NCBI GenBank assembly: GCA_964635565.1
Contig: CAZWON010000003.1
Coordinates: forward strand, 5,345 to 69,344
Direction of reading: 5' to 3'
Origin: an uncultured Planctomycetia bacterium
GTDB lineage: Bacteria; Omnitrophota; Gorgyraeia; Duberdicusellales; 4484-171
DNA: 64,000 nucleotides
A program made the translations under genes and the position numbers. Positions within the stretch are counted from its first letter, which is position 1, and every line of letters begins with the position of its first letter. Below are positions 59,398 through 64,000 of the stretch, piece by piece. The notes beneath the pieces are model-generated. The model searched no databases. It was given only the letters and a program-made list of their open reading frames with translations, and was not told where the DNA came from.

Positions 59398-60502
59398 AAC
59401 TCTTACTCACATTAAAGAATATCCCTAAAAGTATATAGTGGATAAGTAAATTACTGCCTCCATAGCTTATAAAAGGAAGGGACATACCTTTAGTAGGAAA
59501 AAGCCCACAACTTACCCCTACATTAATTATAACCTCAAGGCCAAGCATGATACTTACTCCCATACAGAAATAACAAAAGAATACATTACCAATTCTCCAG
59601 GAAACTCGTAATAGCGTTATAATTATAGAAAAATATAATAATAGAACTCCTAAACACCCTACTATCCCACACTCCTCTGCAATAATAGAAAAAATAAAAT
59701 CAGTATGTGCCGCAGGAAGAAAAAACAATTTTTGCTTACCTTCTCCCAAGCCTACCCCCCAAATTCCTCCCTCTGCAAAAGCAATTTGAGACTGAAGTAT
59801 CTGAAATCCGCTCCCCTTAGGGTCCCTCCATGGATTTAGGAATACCAAAAGTCGTTTAGACCGATAAGGGTCTGCTTTTATCAGAACTAAAGAGGCAACA
59901 ACTCCTAAGAGAACAAGGAAAAAAATATGCTTAGTTTTAACCTTTATCAGAAAAAACATAAAAAGGATCCATATCAACCAGAAAATAATCATTCCAAAAT
60001 CGGGCTCAAGAATAACCAGAAGAAAGACTAAACATGCTACACAAATAAAAGGAAAAACACCTTCTTTAAAATGTTGCATGTGGTTACCCTTCCTAAAAAA
60101 ATAACCTGACGTATATAAAAGAAAAGAAAGTTTTAATAGCTCAGAAGGTTGAAAATTAAAATTACCTATTTCTAACCATCTTCGTGCTCCTCCTATTTTC
60201 CTGCCTACAATAAGGACTAAAAAAAGAAGCAATAGATTAAAGAGGAATATTTTTCTGTTATGCTCTCTTAAAATATCAACATTCACAAATAATATTGCAA
60301 AAAATGCCACTAAAGAAATACACAAAAATAAAAACTGTCTCTTAAGAAAATATTCAGAATCTTGATATAATCTCCACGCATATATTCCTGAAGAACTATA
60401 TACCATAAGCAAGCCGAATAAACTCAAGCTAAGAACTGCTAAAAATATAAACTGTCTTTTTTTCCGTAGTTCTTCCTTGGGTATATCGATGATTTTTGTC
60501 AT
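59372..60502 (-). CDS. ftsW: SEDS peptidoglycan polymerase FtsW
   Basis: GARRW, QPSELLK, EPDFG, LPAAHTDFIF..EE.G, LPFISYGGS. Confidence 0.94.
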   Translation of the reverse strand: MTKIIDIPKEELRKKRQFIFLAVLSLSLFGLLMVYSSSGIYAWRLYQDSEYFLKRQFLFLCISLVAFFAILFVNVDILREHNRKIFLFNLLLLFLVLIVGRKIGGARRWLEIGNFNFQPSELLKLSFLLYTSGYFFRKGNHMQHFKEGVFPFICVACLVFLLVILEPDFGMIIFWLIWILFMFFLIKVKTKHIFFLVLLGVVASLVLIKADPYRSKRLLVFLNPWRDPKGSGFQILQSQIAFAEGGIWGVGLGEGKQKLFFLPAAHTDFIFSIIAEECGIVGCLGVLLLYFSIIITLLRVSWRIGNVFFCYFCMGVSIMLGLEVIINVGVSCGLFPTKGMSLPFISYGGSNLLIHYILLGIFFNVSKSYEDYPRMR

Positions 60503-60529
60503 TTCAAAAAAAAGATAAGAAAGAGCTTT

Positions 60530-61774
60530 CTAGAGAGCATTCACTATCTCAATAAATCTTCTACCTCTTTCTATATAATTTGAAAACATATCAAAACTAG
60601 AGCACATAGGAGAGAATAAAACAGTATCCTTACTTCCTGCTGAAGCATACGCATCCCTGACAGCCTCTCTTAAGGAATTGAAAAGATAAACCCTTCTATC
60701 GTAAGAAAGACTCTCTCTAATTTTATCTGCAGATTCTCCAATAAGGTTTATCTTCTTCACTCTTCTAAGATAGGGCTTAACAACTGTATAATCTAAGCCC
60801 TTATCTTTACCTCCAGCAATAAGAATTATATCTGAATTAATGTTTTTAAGTGCCCATATTGTAGAAGTAGGATTTGTTGCTTTAGAATCATTAATGAAAG
60901 TGATACCTCTTACTTTGCGGACTATCTGGAAACGATGGGGTAATCCTTTAAAATCAGCGAAAAATTTTATACAATCTGTTTTATCTATTCCCAATATACT
61001 TAACACTCGATATACTGCAGAGAAATTAGGATTAGAAAGCTCTGAAGAAAAATAAACAATGCGGGAGTTTATATTTTTGGTGATAGTCTTAAGATTAAAT
61101 ATTTCTTTATTTAAAACTGCCCACTCATTTCCTGTGTGATTACGAAAAATATTCAGTTTCGCTCTGATATAACTATCAAAATCCTGATAGCGGTCTAAAT
61201 GATCTGGCTTTAAATTAAGAAGACAGGCAATAAAAGGCTTAAACTCTATAATACTTTCCAGCTGAAAAGAACTAACCTCCAGAATCACAATATCCGATGG
61301 TTTTAGCACTAAAGCATAACAAGAAAAGGGAATTCCTATATTACCTGCCAGATAAACATTTTTCCCTTTTCTCTTAAGGATCCGATAGGTTAGAAATGAG
61401 GTAGTAGTCTTGCCATTTGTCCCTGTAATAGCAACAATTTTAGCAGAAGTAAGCCAACTTACCAACTCAATTTCTCCCACAACAGGAATACCTTCTTTGT
61501 CAGCTATCTCAATTATAGGTGTATTTTGAATATCCACGCCAGGGCTTACTACCACCAAATCTGAACCTTCAATAAAACTTTTAGTATGTTGGGAGAACTC
61601 AAAATTAACTTTTGCTTGAGAAAAACGTTTAATAAGAAAAGGAGAAAAATTCTCTTTATCCTTCTTATCAGTAACCTTTACTCTCTTACCAAGTTTAACA
61701 AGGAGATCTACAAGATATACGCCTGTACGACCAAAACCCACCACGCATATAGTGTGGAAATTATTAATATTCAT
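60530..61774 (-). CDS. murD: UDP-MurNAc-L-Ala--D-glutamate ligase
   Basis: VSPG, TGTNGKTTT, GNIG, EVSSFQL, DHLDRY, NDSKATN, SP.CSSFD. Confidence 0.96.
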   Translation of the reverse strand: MNINNFHTICVVGFGRTGVYLVDLLVKLGKRVKVTDKKDKENFSPFLIKRFSQAKVNFEFSQHTKSFIEGSDLVVVSPGVDIQNTPIIEIADKEGIPVVGEIELVSWLTSAKIVAITGTNGKTTTSFLTYRILKRKGKNVYLAGNIGIPFSCYALVLKPSDIVILEVSSFQLESIIEFKPFIACLLNLKPDHLDRYQDFDSYIRAKLNIFRNHTGNEWAVLNKEIFNLKTITKNINSRIVYFSSELSNPNFSAVYRVLSILGIDKTDCIKFFADFKGLPHRFQIVRKVRGITFINDSKATNPTSTIWALKNINSDIILIAGGKDKGLDYTVVKPYLRRVKKINLIGESADKIRESLSYDRRVYLFNSLREAVRDAYASAGSKDTVLFSPMCSSFDMFSNYIERGRRFIEIVNAL

Positions 61775-61795
61775 TTTCGTTAGACTTAAATATAA

Positions 61796-62887
61796 TTATC
61801 TTATCTTTAAACTCATAAGAGCAAATACAGCAAAAATGATACCAACTATCCATAATCTTATTACAATTTTTGATTCCGACCATCCCAAAAGCTGGAGATG
61901 ATGATGTAAGGGTGCAGCCTTAAATATCTTCTTTTTACATATCTTCACTGCCAAAATCTGAAGAAGAACACTTAAAGCCTCAATAACAAATATTCCTCCT
62001 GCAATAATCAAAAGAAACTCCTCTTTTATAAATAAAGAGACTGCTCCGATGCTCCCCCCTAAAGACAATGCTCCTACATCTCCCATAAAAATCTGGGCAG
62101 GATAAGAATTGAACCAGAGAAAGCCTAAACCTGCACCTCCAATAGATGCACAGAAAATACTCAGTTCACCTGCATCTTTTATATAAGGAAGAAAAAGGTA
62201 ACGAGAAAAATCTATATGTCCTGCGATATAACTTAATACTACAAAAACAAAAGAATTTATTACTACTGTTCCTACCGCCAATCCATCCAAACCATCAGTA
62301 AAATTAACAGCGTTAGACGAAGAGACCAATACCAATACTACCCAAAAAATATAAAAATAACAAAACTGACCTAAATCTAAGATTATTTTTTTAAAAAAAG
62401 GTATATTTAATGTAAGAGGGAAATTATTAGTAAAAATAAGCATAACTCCTAAAATTATCCCGATAATAATTTGAAAAAATAACTTCTCTTTTCTTCTTAA
62501 TCCTTTTCCTCTCTTTATCTTTAAGAAATCATCTCTTAATCCTACTAATCCTAACGAGAGGATAACAAATACTGAATACCAAATAAAAACACTATTCCAT
62601 CGCCCCCATAAAAGAGAAGAAAGAACTACCGCATATATAATAAGAATACCTCCCATAGTAGGAGTTCCTTCTTTATCCTCATGAAGTGCTTCGAGATGTA
62701 AATGACCATACATATCTACTCTCTCCTCCATTTTTAAGCTTTTCAATCTCTTTACTGCTTTTTTGAAAAAAAACATCACAATAACAAAAGACATTATAAA
62801 AGCACAAGCAGACCTAAAAGTTATATAGCGAAAGATATTAAAAATAAAAAAATATTTACTTAAAGGATAAAAAAGATGGTAAAACAT
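61796..62887 (-). CDS. mraY: Phospho-MurNAc-pentapeptide transferase
   Basis: GTPTMGG, NAVNFTDGLDGL, PAQIFMGDVG, APLHHH. Confidence 0.97.
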   Translation of the reverse strand: MFYHLFYPLSKYFFIFNIFRYITFRSACAFIMSFVIVMFFFKKAVKRLKSLKMEERVDMYGHLHLEALHEDKEGTPTMGGILIIYAVVLSSLLWGRWNSVFIWYSVFVILSLGLVGLRDDFLKIKRGKGLRRKEKLFFQIIIGIILGVMLIFTNNFPLTLNIPFFKKIILDLGQFCYFYIFWVVLVLVSSSNAVNFTDGLDGLAVGTVVINSFVFVVLSYIAGHIDFSRYLFLPYIKDAGELSIFCASIGGAGLGFLWFNSYPAQIFMGDVGALSLGGSIGAVSLFIKEEFLLIIAGGIFVIEALSVLLQILAVKICKKKIFKAAPLHHHLQLLGWSESKIVIRLWIVGIIFAVFALMSLKIR

Positions 62888-63042
62888 AAATTTCCTCCTC
62901 TGTGTTTGTCAATTCATCAAGTATTCAACCACTATTTATCAAAAATCAATATATAATTTTAAGATACCATTCTCAATAGCCAAAAACAAGCTATTCCTGT
63001 GCTTATCCCTTGATTATGGAAGATGTAAATATATTTATGAGC

Positions 63043-64000
63043 TTATCCTTTCATTATGTTCCTTTCTTTTATCAACTCTTTTATTATGTATTTATCTTTA
63101 AACCGAATTTGTTTATTACCTATTATTTGGTAATCTTCGTGTCCTTTACCTGCAACAATCATTGCACAGTTCTTATAATGCTCTTTTAAACTGAAAGCTT
63201 TCTTAATTGCTTCCTTTCGGTCAACAATAATGAAGAAATTATCTTTTAAAAATCCTTTTTTAATCTGCTGGCAAATCATTAAAGGATCCTCATTGCGAGG
63301 ATTATCTGAGGTAATGATAGTAAAAGTAGCTTTTAAACACGCGATTTTACCCATCTTTTCTCTCTTTTTAGTATCTCTATTTCCTCCGCATCCAAAAACT
63401 AATATTATATTTTTATACCCGGAATTTCTTAAAGCTATTAAAGCATTTCTTAAGGCATCAGGAGTATGCGCATAATCTACAAAAATATCACTACCTACCC
63501 TTTCCATCCGACCATCTAATTTGCGAAAAGAAGAGATAAGCTGACCAGCTTCTTTTATAGAAAACCCTAATTTATCTAATGAGACCAATGAAGCCAAGAT
63601 ATTTAGTATATTATAACGACCTATAAGAGCATTTTTAATCCTTTCCTTTTTTCCTCTAACCTTTACCATAAAATCTACACCTTTAGGAGATATTTTATAG
63701 TCTGTTATTCTATAATCTGCATACTTAGAAAAACCATAACTATATTTTTCCCTTTCTAATGTACAAAAAATTTTTTTTCCATATCTATCATCTATATTAA
63801 TAATAGAAATTGCAGAAGGATTTTCGACAAATAATCTTTCTTTTGTAGAAAAATAATTGTGCATTGTTAAATGATAATCAAGATGGTCACAAGTAAGATT
63901 AGTAAATATACACTGCAAAAAATTTATTCCTTCTATTCTCTTCTGTTGTATACTATGAGAGGAAACTTCCATAATTACATACTCAATACCTTCTCTCTGA
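63043..64000 (-). CDS. murE: UDP-MurNAc-dipeptide--meso-DAP ligase (5' end beyond window edge)
   Basis: MEVSSH, TNL..DHLDYH, VDYAHTPD, FGCGGNRD, SDNPR (DAP-type), AGKGHE. Frame stays open to the window end. Confidence 0.95.
   Translation of the reverse strand, partial: QREGIEYVIMEVSSHSIQQKRIEGINFLQCIFTNLTCDHLDYHLTMHNYFSTKERLFVENPSAISIINIDDRYGKKIFCTLEREKYSYGFSKYADYRITDYKISPKGVDFMVKVRGKKERIKNALIGRYNILNILASLVSLDKLGFSIKEAGQLISSFRKLDGRMERVGSDIFVDYAHTPDALRNALIALRNSGYKNIILVFGCGGNRDTKKREKMGKIACLKATFTIITSDNPRNEDPLMICQQIKKGFLKDNFFIIVDRKEAIKKAFSLKEHYKNCAMIVAGKGHEDYQIIGNKQIRFKDKYIIKELIKERNIMKG

Overview
AT-rich bacterial chromosomal segment made up almost entirely of core housekeeping genes. All intact genes lie on the minus strand and many overlap their neighbours. 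In transcription order (right to left): (1) dcw cluster: murE (partial), mraY, murD, ftsW, murG, murC, murB, ddl, ftsQ and a degenerate ftsA; no ftsZ, and murF sits about 60 kb away. (2) A large helical protein plus an HD-GYP protein that share an uncharacterised N-terminal domain. (3) Heptose/KDO/Lpt genes with pyrG. (4) tig and clpP. (5) Class V aminotransferase, serA, a UshA-like/thioredoxin-like protein, a probable Re-citrate synthase and purA. (6) An LPS glycosyltransferase cluster interrupted by a REP-associated tyrosine transposase with three 39-bp hairpin repeats, and by a mosaic of four heptamer arrays. (7) hisG, a 29-aa bS22-like ORF, a TPR protein, split transketolase, ispE, zinc-ribbon spoVG, tRNA-Gln (plus a decayed copy), glmU, prs, rplY, pth, rpsF, ssb, rpsR, rplI, dnaB. 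(8) bamA, skp, lpxD, lpxC/fabZ, lpxA, lpxI. (9) TPR-SpoIID, a transposase remnant, purC, queA, murF and an APC permease. Gene content indicates a diderm LPS producer. Gene order and fusions suggest PVC/Omnitrophota, which is inference only. No CRISPR array, rRNA or prophage was seen. All calls come from motif recognition; no searches were run.
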